Shown piece by piece: positions 35,035 through 44,940 of a DNA stretch of 53,674 nt. The position numbers were made by a program, and so were the translations under genes. The notes under the pieces are model-generated. The model ran no database searches. It was given only the letters and a program-made list of their open reading frames with translations, and had not been told where the DNA came from. The DNA comes from a virus (taxonomy: Duplodnaviria; Caudoviricetes): positions 1 through 53,674 of the IMG/VR virus record IMGVR_UViG_3300037296_000160, one strand, 5' to 3'. Numbering within the stretch: the stretch's first letter is position 1; every line of letters begins with the position of its first letter.

Positions 35035-38000
35035 ACCTGACTGCCGGCACTCTTGAGCGCCTTGAAGAACTAGCCGGTATCCGCAAGGGCGACCGCGCCG
35101 TTCGGTATTCTGACCTCGAACTTGCAAAGACGACATTACGCAAGGCGACGCAATCGGTTGTGAACGGTGCGCTTGAGCAAATCGACCAACCGCCTGCGAC
35201 TATCCCCGGCGAAGGCGATTTTGATACATGGTGGCAGGCCATTGAAGATGGTCTAATTCGCATCGCGCAAGCGGAGGATGACTTAGCCGCAGCCATCGCC
35301 GCTATCAACAGCGTAAACGAAACTGTAGACGCAGCTACGATCACACTTAATGAGCGCATCGAAACCGCCAGCGACCGAATTGACAGCACGAACCAGCAGG
35401 TCAGCCAAGCGCATGACGATATCGCAGCCGAAGCCGACCGCATCCAAGGCATCATCGACAACTTAACGGCCAATTACATCACCGGAGTTGTGGTCGAGGA
35501 GCGCATCGAAACATCAATCAGCGCCTATAATGACGTCATCGACAGTGAAGGCGGGATCGTTCAGCAGGTCCGCGCTAACCTTGCGCAAAACTACTACACC
35601 GCAGTCAGCACAGACGAGGCCATCGCAGCGGCATCCCTAGAACTGTCCAGTCGCATTGGCGACGTAGAGGCCGACCTGTCTCAAAACTACCTGACCTATA
35701 CGGGGACAACGCAGGCCATCGCAGCCGCGTCCCTAACATTGGGCGGCCGCATTGGCGACGTAGAGGCGGACCTCACCAATAACTACTATACCGCTACTGA
35801 AACAGATAGCGCCCTCGCTGTTTCTAGAACTGAACTGCGGTCAGAAATCAGTGACGCAGACGATAATGCTATCGGATTGAGTGAAGACCCTGCCTTTGAT
35901 CGCGGAGGCGAAACTCTGACCGACGCAAGCACCGGAGGCGCAGTATTTCGCGCAATGGTAGAAGTGGCTGGTGCCCGTGAGTTTACCCCTACCACCGACG
36001 ACGAGGTCGGGGGGCAGGACTTTCTGGCTACTGGATACCGAACAGCCCGCACACGTCGCCGCTGGGCCATTGATCGCGCCCGCCGATACAAAATTACGTT
36101 TCGCGTCAAGCTGAACGCCGAAGCCGTCACTGGTAGAGTGTATCTAGGTGTGACCACCTACACCGCTGACGGAAATCCAGCCCCGGCATATCCCGACTAC
36201 AGCCCTGACAACCACGTCAACCAGAACCATTACTTTGCGCATGGCGGCAGTGCGAACAGTTTCCCGGCTGATACTTGGGTTGAAAAGTCAGGCGAGTTTG
36301 ATGGTTCGCAAATCCGCCCAGACGCCGCTTTTATGCGACTAGTGATATTTGCCAACCATGCAGGAGACGAAACGCAGATCACGCGATTATCGTTAGCGCG
36401 CCTTGAGGATATTACCGAAGTCAGCACAGTTTCGGCTAACCTTGCCAATAACTACTACACTTTCACGGACACGGAACAGGCCATTGCAGCCGCGTCCCTG
36501 ACGCTTGGGAGCCGCATTGGTGATGTAGAGGCAGACCTATCCCAGAACTACCTGACGTCCGCTGAAACCGGGCAAGCCATTGCCGCAGCCGATCAAGTGT
36601 TGCGAAGCGACCTCGATGACGTCACCGCAGACCTTGCTACCAACTACCTGACGTCCGCAGAGACGGGCGAAGCCATTGCCAGCAGCAGCACAGACCTGCG
36701 CGCTACATTGCTGGGACAGAACCTTATTGTGGCCGACGGCGCGACCGGACCCGGCACTTGGACCAACACGCCAGCATCGACAGAACGGCCACCCTATGCG
36801 AACCCGTCAGACCTGTCCTTGCGCTGGAACAGCGTGTGCAAAGAAAATGGCATAACCTATCCCGGTAACGTGCTGGGGAAGAAGTTTCGCCTGCGCGGAT
36901 GGTTCTGGGCCACCGTGCCGTTCACCGTCACCCTGCGGGGCACCCGGTCAGATAACAACGCGACGAACCAACTGCTAAACCCAAACCAGCCAGAGACGCC
37001 CGCGACCGACGGCTGGGAGTTTCTAACGATTGAAGTGGACGATATATCGTGGCCGTCCATCAACTACCTGTTGCAGATTATAACCAGCAGCGGGCCGGTA
37101 TACGCGCACAAGCCCACGTTCACCGAGACAGGCACCTTTGCACAGGTCGAAACACAGATCGAGCAGCAGGCGTTCACGATCAGTGACCAGAATGGCGCCC
37201 TTGCCGTCCTGCGCAATGAGATTGAGGCGGAATACACCGGAGCCATTGGTGAAGGTGCAGCCATCTTTGCCGTGCAGCTTGTCGAACCCGGCGACTTGGA
37301 CGGGGCAGCAGCTACGTCTTACCCTGTAACCAAGATCACACCCGGCCCATATGGTCAGGCCAGCGCCCTACGCATCGAAAACACAGGCGGCGGCGGCACC
37401 CCGCCCTATCTGCGCATCCCTGCCCGCGTTCAAACCTTACTGGCAGGACAAGACCTGCGCATTGACATGCTTGTTCGCCCCCAGAGCGGGACAAATATGC
37501 AAGCTATCGTCATGCGCCGTGAAGAAAACTCTGGCGCAGCAAACCTATCGGGCATCACGTCGGGCACTGGCTGGCAATGGGTGACTATCAGGACGGCGGA
37601 TGAAACCGAGGGCGACACGCCCCCTAGTATCAGAGTAAGGCCCGCGTCGGGCACCATGGATATCGCTCAGGTTCTTGTGCGACACGCGGCGACCGCAGAT
37701 GAGGTGCCCGAAATAGGCACCCTATCTGGCAACGTCAGCGATATCCTGGCACTCGACCTTGATAGCTACAGCGGCACTGCCTTGGCGCAGCTAATGACGC
37801 AGCTCGCAGTGGACGCCAACGGCACGTCCGCCACGATAACGCAGCAAGGCACCGCCATTGCGGACATCGAAGGAAATGTAAACGCGCTTTACAAGATCGA
37901 GGTTAAGGCAGGCACTAGCGGCGCGATCCTACAACTGTTGGCCGCGAACGGTCAGCCATCCGTCGCACAGCTTGACGCCGATTTTATCTACCTCAAGGGC

Positions 38001-39197
38001 AAGGTGAACGTTGAAAGCCTAAGTGTGGGCATGGGCGGCAACCTGCTAACCAACACCGACTTCCGCCAAAAACTGCGAGGCTGGGCGCGCGCGTCAGGAG
38101 ATAGCAGTGTAGATGCGCAGACCGAATTAGTGCTGATGGAAGAAGGCGGGTATGCGGCAGGCGTGACAGATCGCGCTTTGGGGCTGCGCCAAGCGTCTAA
38201 CCATAGCGCCGGTTATGCCCGCATCTTTTCACAGCACGAAAGCGTCACCGGTGGCAGAGACTATGCCCACGTCGGCGTCACACCGAACGCATGGTATGAG
38301 TTTTCAGCACAGTTGAGAACGCGCCAATGCGACGGCGACATGTATATCAGATGGATGGACACGGACGGCAACTACCTGTCAACGTCAGCCATACAATCGT
38401 TCACACAAGACGGCACCAATATCTACAACCCCGCCGAGTGGACCCGCACCCGCGTAATGGACCAAGCGCCATCCAATGCAGCATATGCAAACATGGTTGT
38501 GCGCAAGTATGGCTCAAACGGCACGAACGGTAGCGACCTGTTCATGTTCCGCCCGCAGTTTTGCCAGACGACGGCGTTTTCAACCGAGGTAGCACCCTAC
38601 AAGGGCGGCATCACAACGATCATCGACCAAGACGGCCTGTATTCCAATGCCGTCGTCGCCCGACACGTCGCGGCAGACCAGATCAACGCCAACCACATGA
38701 CTATTAACTCAATCGACGGGAAACGGGGACACATTGTCGCTTTATCCGTCGATACGCTGCAAGTCGCGGGCCGCGCAATCACGGCCCCCGACCTTGTTCG
38801 GTCAATCGGCATGGCGTTTGGAGGCTCATTCAACCTTAACCAACGCACGATCACGTCGATTACCATAGGTCGCACCGCAGGCTACGGGACGAAGATCGAG
38901 TTTGCCATGGACTGTAACGACCTTTCCGTCAACGGAGGGCGGAACATTCTATCGCTGACCCTGTGGCGCGGTAATACGAAAATTGAGGAAACCTATTACC
39001 CGCTTACGCACGACACGTCAGCGTATGACTTTTTTACGGGCAACATCGGCATAGCCCGCATTGATGAAGATACGAGCGGCGGCAACACCACCTACACGGT
39101 CAAGGGCCAGATCATCGTGGCAAACGGTGGCACCTATTCGTTCCAGAACCTCACGCCCAACAACGTGTCCCTCTACACAATTCAGTTTAAGAGATAG
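35031..39197 (+). CDS. Tail fibre / receptor-binding protein with coiled-coil repeats and carbohydrate-binding-like domains
   Basis: 1388 aa; 32-aa repeats (NYYT...AIAAASL.L..RIGDVEADL); GNLLTNTDF...GW module. Confidence 0.75.
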   Translation: MNLTAGTLERLEELAGIRKGDRAVRYSDLELAKTTLRKATQSVVNGALEQIDQPPATIPGEGDFDTWWQAIEDGLIRIAQAEDDLAAAIAAINSVNETVDAATITLNERIETASDRIDSTNQQVSQAHDDIAAEADRIQGIIDNLTANYITGVVVEERIETSISAYNDVIDSEGGIVQQVRANLAQNYYTAVSTDEAIAAASLELSSRIGDVEADLSQNYLTYTGTTQAIAAASLTLGGRIGDVEADLTNNYYTATETDSALAVSRTELRSEISDADDNAIGLSEDPAFDRGGETLTDASTGGAVFRAMVEVAGAREFTPTTDDEVGGQDFLATGYRTARTRRRWAIDRARRYKITFRVKLNAEAVTGRVYLGVTTYTADGNPAPAYPDYSPDNHVNQNHYFAHGGSANSFPADTWVEKSGEFDGSQIRPDAAFMRLVIFANHAGDETQITRLSLARLEDITEVSTVSANLANNYYTFTDTEQAIAAASLTLGSRIGDVEADLSQNYLTSAETGQAIAAADQVLRSDLDDVTADLATNYLTSAETGEAIASSSTDLRATLLGQNLIVADGATGPGTWTNTPASTERPPYANPSDLSLRWNSVCKENGITYPGNVLGKKFRLRGWFWATVPFTVTLRGTRSDNNATNQLLNPNQPETPATDGWEFLTIEVDDISWPSINYLLQIITSSGPVYAHKPTFTETGTFAQVETQIEQQAFTISDQNGALAVLRNEIEAEYTGAIGEGAAIFAVQLVEPGDLDGAAATSYPVTKITPGPYGQASALRIENTGGGGTPPYLRIPARVQTLLAGQDLRIDMLVRPQSGTNMQAIVMRREENSGAANLSGITSGTGWQWVTIRTADETEGDTPPSIRVRPASGTMDIAQVLVRHAATADEVPEIGTLSGNVSDILALDLDSYSGTALAQLMTQLAVDANGTSATITQQGTAIADIEGNVNALYKIEVKAGTSGAILQLLAANGQPSVAQLDADFIYLKGKVNVESLSVGMGGNLLTNTDFRQKLRGWARASGDSSVDAQTELVLMEEGGYAAGVTDRALGLRQASNHSAGYARIFSQHESVTGGRDYAHVGVTPNAWYEFSAQLRTRQCDGDMYIRWMDTDGNYLSTSAIQSFTQDGTNIYNPAEWTRTRVMDQAPSNAAYANMVVRKYGSNGTNGSDLFMFRPQFCQTTAFSTEVAPYKGGITTIIDQDGLYSNAVVARHVAADQINANHMTINSIDGKRGHIVALSVDTLQVAGRAITAPDLVRSIGMAFGGSFNLNQRTITSITIGRTAGYGTKIEFAMDCNDLSVNGGRNILSLTLWRGNTKIEETYYPLTHDTSAYDFFTGNIGIARIDEDTSGGNTTYTVKGQIIVANGGTYSFQNLTPNNVSLYTIQFKR

Positions 39198-39206
39198 GAG
39201 TGCCCC

Positions 39207-39611
39207 ATGGACGACGTGCGCTATGCAAAGATCGACAGCGGATCAGGCCGCATCGTAGCAATCCAGACGAACACTTTGCTGGCCCCTGACGAGGAAGGTG
39301 CCTTTTTGTTTGTTGATATGGTCGATCTGGTGGATGCAGGCGAGAGCCTTGACGACTATTACTATGACGGCGCAGGGATCATGCCCCGACCTGATAAGCC
39401 AGTCATCCCCGCCGACGGCATTGCCCCGCTTGTCATCGACCTATCGTTTAATGACAGCGCCGCCTTGATCGAGGTCACTAATCAGGACGGCGACACGCTG
39501 ACCGTGGACGACACAAGCCTGACCCTGACAACGGCAGGCATATACTGGCTGCGGATCACGCAGCCGTTCCCCCACCACACCCTGCTTGCAAAGGTCCGCG
39601 TCAATGGCTGA
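39207..39611 (+). CDS. Tail-fibre-associated hypothetical protein
   Basis: AGGAG SD; follows the fibre gene. Confidence 0.7.
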   Translation: MDDVRYAKIDSGSGRIVAIQTNTLLAPDEEGAFLFVDMVDLVDAGESLDDYYYDGAGIMPRPDKPVIPADGIAPLVIDLSFNDSAALIEVTNQDGDTLTVDDTSLTLTTAGIYWLRITQPFPHHTLLAKVRVNG

Positions 39612-40017
39612 TTTTGGGCGAAACCTCGATGCACTCAAGCGCGAACTTGATGACGCTATCAACGCAGAGCGCGACCGGCGCATCAGGGCCGGGTTTTACT
39701 ACGGTCAAAGCCTGTTCGATTGGGATGACGCCACCAAGGCCCGCGTGACAGGTGCAGCGGCACTGGCGGGCTTTGCAATCGCCAAGGGGGCACAAGAGGG
39801 CGACTATTACTGGGCGCGGCCAGATCAGCCATTTGTCTGGGTGTTGCAGGACAACACCTACCTGTTCCTAGATGCGCAGGGCATGTTCGCCGTGTCCCAA
39901 ACAGCCGCATCCCACGAGAGCGACCACGTCTTTGCCGGGATCAGCCTCAAGGTCATGGACCCGCCGCCAGCAGATATCACCGACGACGCATATTGGCCCA
40001 CGGTTGCCCCGGTATGA
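39604..40017 (+). CDS. DUF4376-like tail-fibre-associated protein
   Basis: INAERDRRI..GF.Y....FD.D, W...DN...LDA..M, DITDD.YWP. Confidence 0.7.
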   Translation: MADFGRNLDALKRELDDAINAERDRRIRAGFYYGQSLFDWDDATKARVTGAAALAGFAIAKGAQEGDYYWARPDQPFVWVLQDNTYLFLDAQGMFAVSQTAASHESDHVFAGISLKVMDPPPADITDDAYWPTVAPV

Positions 40018-40301
40018 ACGGCGTCGGCCCCTACTGGTTCCCCGCGTGGCTGCGCGCGTGGCTGACCCGGCAATTCAACCGCGTGTTCGATGAAGCGTCA
40101 CCCGTGCGCCACGACGAAAGCTATGCGCGCGGATACCCTGCGCGCGACGTGTGCGACCGGGGCATGTTGGCCGCGATGCTGCGCGACACCTCCCGTATGA
40201 CGTCCACCGGGCGAATGTTTGCCGCTACCGTGGTTTCGTGGTTATTCTGGGGCTTCAACCGGCTGTTTGGTTGGGTCAGCTACAACAGGGGCAACCGATG
40301 A
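40014..40301 (+). CDS. Small hypothetical protein (HD..Y motif, DUF1353/PLA2-like)
   Basis: NGVGP...HDESY..G...R..CDR; ATGA coupling. Confidence 0.6.
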   Translation: MNGVGPYWFPAWLRAWLTRQFNRVFDEASPVRHDESYARGYPARDVCDRGMLAAMLRDTSRMTSTGRMFAATVVSWLFWGFNRLFGWVSYNRGNR

Positions 40302-40732
40302 TCCTTTCCCGCGACAACCAAGCGCACATGCTCGAATGGGCTGCGATTGAAAAGGGCGATGCGTGGTGGCCCGACGCGACCGCGTTTGGAATATACCACG
40401 AAACCACAAAGCCACATAACCTTGTGGCCGTGATCGTGCTGGAGAAGATTGGGCGGCACACCGCTGACAGTCACATCAAAAGCAACGGCAAGCGGCATTG
40501 GGCCAGCAGGCGCATCATCAAGGGGCTTTACACCATCGCGTTCGACGCAATGGGCCTTAACCGCCTTGAAGCGCGGATTGGGGCCACGAACGCCGACAGC
40601 CTGCGTCTATGCGGCAAGCTGGGCTACAAGGTCGAAGGTTTATTAAAGGATGGTCACGGACCCGGCAAAGATGCTATTCTTTGTGCTGTCACGCGCAAAG
40701 ATTGCCGCTGGTTCGACTTACCCGCAGGCTAA
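40298..40732 (+). CDS. GNAT-family acetyltransferase-like morphogenesis protein
   Basis: AF..MGL.RL...I...N..SL.L..KLGY..EG.L; sits just before the ejection genes, as in podoviruses. Confidence 0.8.
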   Translation: MILSRDNQAHMLEWAAIEKGDAWWPDATAFGIYHETTKPHNLVAVIVLEKIGRHTADSHIKSNGKRHWASRRIIKGLYTIAFDAMGLNRLEARIGATNADSLRLCGKLGYKVEGLLKDGHGPGKDAILCAVTRKDCRWFDLPAG

Positions 40733-40751
40733 TCAGTAAAGGACGCATGAC

Positions 40752-41735
40752 ATGGCAAAGGGCGGTTCCGCACCCAAGGCAGACCCCAACATTGGCAAAG
40801 CCGCACTGATGCAGGCGGAGTTGGGAAACGACTACCTCGCATACATGCAAGATCAGTCCGCCGTCACGAACGGATGGGCGACCGAAGATCGTGCCTATGC
40901 GCAGGACACCTACCGACCTCTTGAACGCGAACTGGTGGCCGATGCGAAGGACTATGCCAGCCCCGCGCGGCAGGATCAGCGCGCCGCCGCAGCCGTTGCC
41001 AGCGTAGGACGCCAAGCGACCGCCGCAAACGAGGCCGAGGCGCGCAGTCTGGCCGCGTCTGGCGTCAAGCCGGGGTCTGGTCGCAGCCTTGCCAGCAGCC
41101 AGCGCGGATCGCTTGCCACGGCACTGGCGAAAGCATCAGCAGACACCACGTCCCGCCGCGCCGTCGAAGCCGAGGGCTATGCGCGCAAGAGTGACGCCGT
41201 GAACATGGGCAAGGGCTACGCCGTCAACCCGGCAACCTCGATGGGCATGACAACGCAGGCCATGGCGTCCGGTTTCCAAGGGGCAATGGGCGGTCAGCAG
41301 GGCATGGCGCAGACTTTGCAGGGCGTCCAAGACGAAAAGTGGAACGCCTACAACGCGCGCCAGCAGCAATCGTCCAACATCATGCAGGGGGCCGGGATGC
41401 TGGCCGGTGCGTTCCTGTCCACCAAGACGGTCAAGACACCCAAGGGGCCAGCGTCTAAGCGGTCCCTCAAGGCCGTGCGCGACATGGATATTGATAAGTG
41501 GACCTACGACAAAGGCAAAGGCGACGAGGGCACCCACGTCGGCCCCTACGCCGAAGACTTCAAGAAGCACACCGGGCTTGGCGACGGCAAACAGATCAAC
41601 GTCATTGACGCCGTCGGCACCTCGCTTGGCGCAACAAAGGAGCTGGCGTCCAAAGTCGATAAGCTGGCTGCAAACGTCGCCAAGCTGACCAAGGGCCGCA
41701 GCCTGCCCCGTCCCGCCGCGAGAGCAGCGGCATGA
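40752..41735 (+). CDS. Internal virion/ejection (pilot) protein with C-terminal S74-like chaperone domain
   Basis: MAKGGSAPKADPNIG, Gly/Ala/Gln-rich; S...K...W.Y......HVGPYAEDF...INVID.VG. Confidence 0.7.
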   Translation: MAKGGSAPKADPNIGKAALMQAELGNDYLAYMQDQSAVTNGWATEDRAYAQDTYRPLERELVADAKDYASPARQDQRAAAAVASVGRQATAANEAEARSLAASGVKPGSGRSLASSQRGSLATALAKASADTTSRRAVEAEGYARKSDAVNMGKGYAVNPATSMGMTTQAMASGFQGAMGGQQGMAQTLQGVQDEKWNAYNARQQQSSNIMQGAGMLAGAFLSTKTVKTPKGPASKRSLKAVRDMDIDKWTYDKGKGDEGTHVGPYAEDFKKHTGLGDGKQINVIDAVGTSLGATKELASKVDKLAANVAKLTKGRSLPRPAARAAA

Positions 41736-42859
41736 GCGGGGGATTAAGCGCCATTGCGGGCCTTGTCGCAGGCAACAACATGCGAAACGAGCCGTCGTTT
41801 CTTGATCGCAAGGGCCGGTCACTGCGCAACGCCATCGACACGCGCCTTATGCCAGACACCGCAGAGGCGCAGCAGACCTTGCGCGCACCCGCCATCACGC
41901 AGCCAGTTGATCCCGCGCAGGCGCAGCAGACCATGCCCGCGCCCGCTATCACGCAGCCAGTTGATCCCGCGCAAGCGCAGCAGAACGCCACAGCCGCGCG
42001 GCCCCTGTTGTTTCAGCTAAACGACAGGTTTGAAGGCGGCGGGCAATATGACACCCTGTTTGGGCATAGCCAGCGCGACAAGTTTTCAAACGTAGACGTG
42101 TCGAGCATGACAATCGGCCAGCTAAAGCAGTTTTCCGATCCCAACGGCGAATACGGCCAGTGGGTCAAAGGGGAACTTGGCCGCATTGGGCAAAAGCCGC
42201 GCGTTGCAACCCCCATGGGCGGGCACCAGATCGTTGGCACGACGCTGCGCAATGCGGCCACAGACATGGGCCTGTCCGACGACACCGTGTTTAACGTCGC
42301 CACGCAGGACGCCATCGCCATGCACTTGGCCCGCAACCGCATCAATTCCGCAGGCACCATGGAAGGCAAGCGCGCGGCATTGCGGGCCGAGTGGGAAGGA
42401 TACGCCAAGGCATCCGATGCGGAACTGGACGCCGCTATCATGGAAATCGAGGGTCTGCCCGCCAACGCATCCTTTGCAGGGCCAAGCGGCAGCCAAGCGC
42501 GCGGCACCCCGCCGTTTTTCCCTACGGGCGCGACCGAAGGGCCAGCCGCGCAGCAGCAGGTCGAACAGATCGCACAGGTGCAGCCAACCGAGGCAAGCCA
42601 GATGCAGTCGTCCGAAGCGACCGCCCCGGTATCGAGTGGCGGCGCTGGTGGATCACCGGGCGGCGAAGGCAGCAAGCGCGGGCGCAGCCTGCCAAGCCCG
42701 ACCCAGAGCGCACAAGCGGCCCCGGCACAGATCGAGGCACCGCAGGGCGCACCACAGTCCACCATGCAGGGCAGCGCACCCGCGCCCCGTGACGTCGCAG
42801 GCGAACGCCGCGAACAAGCTGCATGGCTGGGCCAATTCTTCGCAACAAAAGGAGCCTGA
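41732..42859 (+). CDS. Internal virion protein with lysozyme-like domain
   Basis: EGGG.YD.LFG...MTIGQL...TPMG.HQIV..TL.......GL....FN..TQD; tandem 19-aa repeat near the N-terminus. Confidence 0.75.
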   Translation: MSGGLSAIAGLVAGNNMRNEPSFLDRKGRSLRNAIDTRLMPDTAEAQQTLRAPAITQPVDPAQAQQTMPAPAITQPVDPAQAQQNATAARPLLFQLNDRFEGGGQYDTLFGHSQRDKFSNVDVSSMTIGQLKQFSDPNGEYGQWVKGELGRIGQKPRVATPMGGHQIVGTTLRNAATDMGLSDDTVFNVATQDAIAMHLARNRINSAGTMEGKRAALRAEWEGYAKASDAELDAAIMEIEGLPANASFAGPSGSQARGTPPFFPTGATEGPAAQQQVEQIAQVQPTEASQMQSSEATAPVSSGGAGGSPGGEGSKRGRSLPSPTQSAQAAPAQIEAPQGAPQSTMQGSAPAPRDVAGERREQAAWLGQFFATKGA

Positions 42860-42860
42860 C

Positions 42861-44834
42861 ATGGGCGTAGATTTTCTAGGCGGCGTCGAAGGCTTTTTCC
42901 AAGGCCGCGAAATCCGCAACAAGTGGCAGGATCGCAAGCTGAACCGCAAGCTGGCCGAAAACCAAGAGACGCGGACGCAGGAAAGCCACGGGCTAAACAT
43001 GACCGTCACCCGCGACGGCAACACCCGCGCGAACGAAGCGCACGGGGTCAACCTGACCGTTGCGACGGACGGCAACAGCCGCGCCAACGCAACCCACGGG
43101 CTGAACATGCGGACGGGCACGTCGGCAGAGGATCAGCGCGAGATTGATCGTGCCCGCACCAACCGCGCCAACAGCCGCGCCGACGCCGTGGCCGATGAAG
43201 AACGCGCATTGCTGGCCGAGACTTTCCCAGACCAAGGCGCAGCGCCCACAGCAGCCCCCACAGCGCCAGCAATGCCCGCCGCCGCACCGCAGGCACCCAC
43301 AACCGTTGCAGCGCCCCCAGCGGCCCGCACACCGCGCAGCTTGCCCCAACCGGGCACGGAAGCCCCCGCAACACCCCTGCCCGCCGTCGCCAGCCCGCAG
43401 CAGGTCCAAGCCACACCTTCAGCCACAATCAGCACCAAGACGTCCCGCGCCGATATTGCCGTTGGCGCAGGCGCACCGTCTGCCATGGTGCAATCCGCCA
43501 AGCTGGCCGACGACGGCGAAGCGCAGATTGCGGCAGGCGTGGACGGCGCAGGCGTTCCCCTGACACCCGAAGCCATGGCAGAACTGCAAGTGCAGATTGA
43601 CGAGGTAGACGCCACGTTGGCCGAGAACGTGCCCGCCTATAACCCGGCACCGCGCGAAGCGCCCGCAGCCCCCGCCCCTGCCCCGCGCCAGTTGCCAACC
43701 CCCGCCGAACTGTTGCCGCCGAGCGCAGACGCCCGGTCCATCCCGCAGGCAGCAGCCGACACCGTGGCACCCGTCCCGGTCAAGTCTGGCATGGCACCGA
43801 TTGAAACACTCACCCCGCAAGGTCAGCCGCTATCGCCGCAGGATCAGGAGATACGCGCAGCGCAGCAGGCCGCAATCCCGGCCAGCGCAGACCCCCGTTC
43901 TATCCCCGGCCAAGCCCTGACCACCGTGACCGAGGGCCAAGCCCCCGTGCAGCCAGCCGCGCCGACAGGTGACGCCGCCCCGGCCATCGCCGCGCAGCCG
44001 ACCGGCGCACCCGTCAGCGGGGCACTGACCCCTACCTTGCAAGCGCCAGCCGCACCGGGCACCACCCCCGCCGTGGACACCCTGCCCGTTGCAGAGCAGC
44101 CCAAAGCACCCGGCACCGCAGCGCCTATGTCGCCTGCCCAAAAAACGGCCGCAAAGCGTGACTTGCAGGGCTATGTCACCGGGGAAGCCGCCGACCGCCT
44201 CAAGCAATTTTACATGCGCAACGGTATGCCCGAAAAGGCGCAGGCGTATGAGGCGTTCTTTGAGCAGGAACAGACCAAAGACGCCGTCGAAAGCTGGTCT
44301 GATGCAGTCTTGGCCGCGCAGCTTGGCGACGACGCCGCCTTTGAGGAAAACATCGCCAAGGTCTACAACCGCAACTACGCCGACGGCTATGAGATCATCA
44401 ACGACGGCAAGGCGTTTATCCGCGACGACGCTGGCAACATCGTTGGGGCCGAGGTCGAGTTTCGCAATCTGGAAACCGGAGAGACGTTCACCCGCACCTT
44501 TGAGGGATCGACCGACCTCTACAGCCAAGCCATCAACGCATTGGCCCCGGCAGCTATCTTTGAATATCAGTGGGCCGAGTTTGAAGGCGCAAAGCAGCGC
44601 ACCCAAGCGTTGCAGCAGGCCGCGCAGGATATGCAGATCGCCAAGGATCAGCCCGACCCTACCGCCTTTACAGACCGCGTCCTCAAGATCGCGGGCGAGT
44701 TGGCCGACATGGACCTGACCCCGGCATCACCGGACGTCTACATCGAGCGCGCCATGGGAATGATCGCAGCCGAACAGGCCGCAGCAGGTGCCCAAGGCGC
44801 TGGCGCTGGCGTCCCGCGCTGGACCGGACAGTAA
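42861..44834 (+). CDS. Internal virion/ejection protein (true start ATG 42861)
   Basis: AAGGAG SD; MGVDFLGGVEGFFQG, 18-aa HG.N....DGN.RAN.. repeats, long Pro/Ala linker. Confidence 0.75.
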   Translation: MGVDFLGGVEGFFQGREIRNKWQDRKLNRKLAENQETRTQESHGLNMTVTRDGNTRANEAHGVNLTVATDGNSRANATHGLNMRTGTSAEDQREIDRARTNRANSRADAVADEERALLAETFPDQGAAPTAAPTAPAMPAAAPQAPTTVAAPPAARTPRSLPQPGTEAPATPLPAVASPQQVQATPSATISTKTSRADIAVGAGAPSAMVQSAKLADDGEAQIAAGVDGAGVPLTPEAMAELQVQIDEVDATLAENVPAYNPAPREAPAAPAPAPRQLPTPAELLPPSADARSIPQAAADTVAPVPVKSGMAPIETLTPQGQPLSPQDQEIRAAQQAAIPASADPRSIPGQALTTVTEGQAPVQPAAPTGDAAPAIAAQPTGAPVSGALTPTLQAPAAPGTTPAVDTLPVAEQPKAPGTAAPMSPAQKTAAKRDLQGYVTGEAADRLKQFYMRNGMPEKAQAYEAFFEQEQTKDAVESWSDAVLAAQLGDDAAFEENIAKVYNRNYADGYEIINDGKAFIRDDAGNIVGAEVEFRNLETGETFTRTFEGSTDLYSQAINALAPAAIFEYQWAEFEGAKQRTQALQQAAQDMQIAKDQPDPTAFTDRVLKIAGELADMDLTPASPDVYIERAMGMIAAEQAAAGAQGAGAGVPRWTGQ

Positions 44835-44940
44835 GGCGCTTTTCAGGCGGTGCGCCGCCTGATACCCTAGCCCCATCATAACACAGACCTACAGCGCAGG
44901 ACGTGCTGGCGTCTCACCTTGCCCCAAGGAGAGTGCCGTC

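Noticed and set aside
35031-39611. Diversity-generating retroelement acting on the tail fibre
   Set aside because: No reverse transcriptase, and no template/variable repeat pair with adenine-specific mismatches seen.
42177-42860. N-terminal extension of the 885-aa ORF
   Set aside because: It overlaps the lysozyme-domain gene; the SD and composition support ATG 42861.
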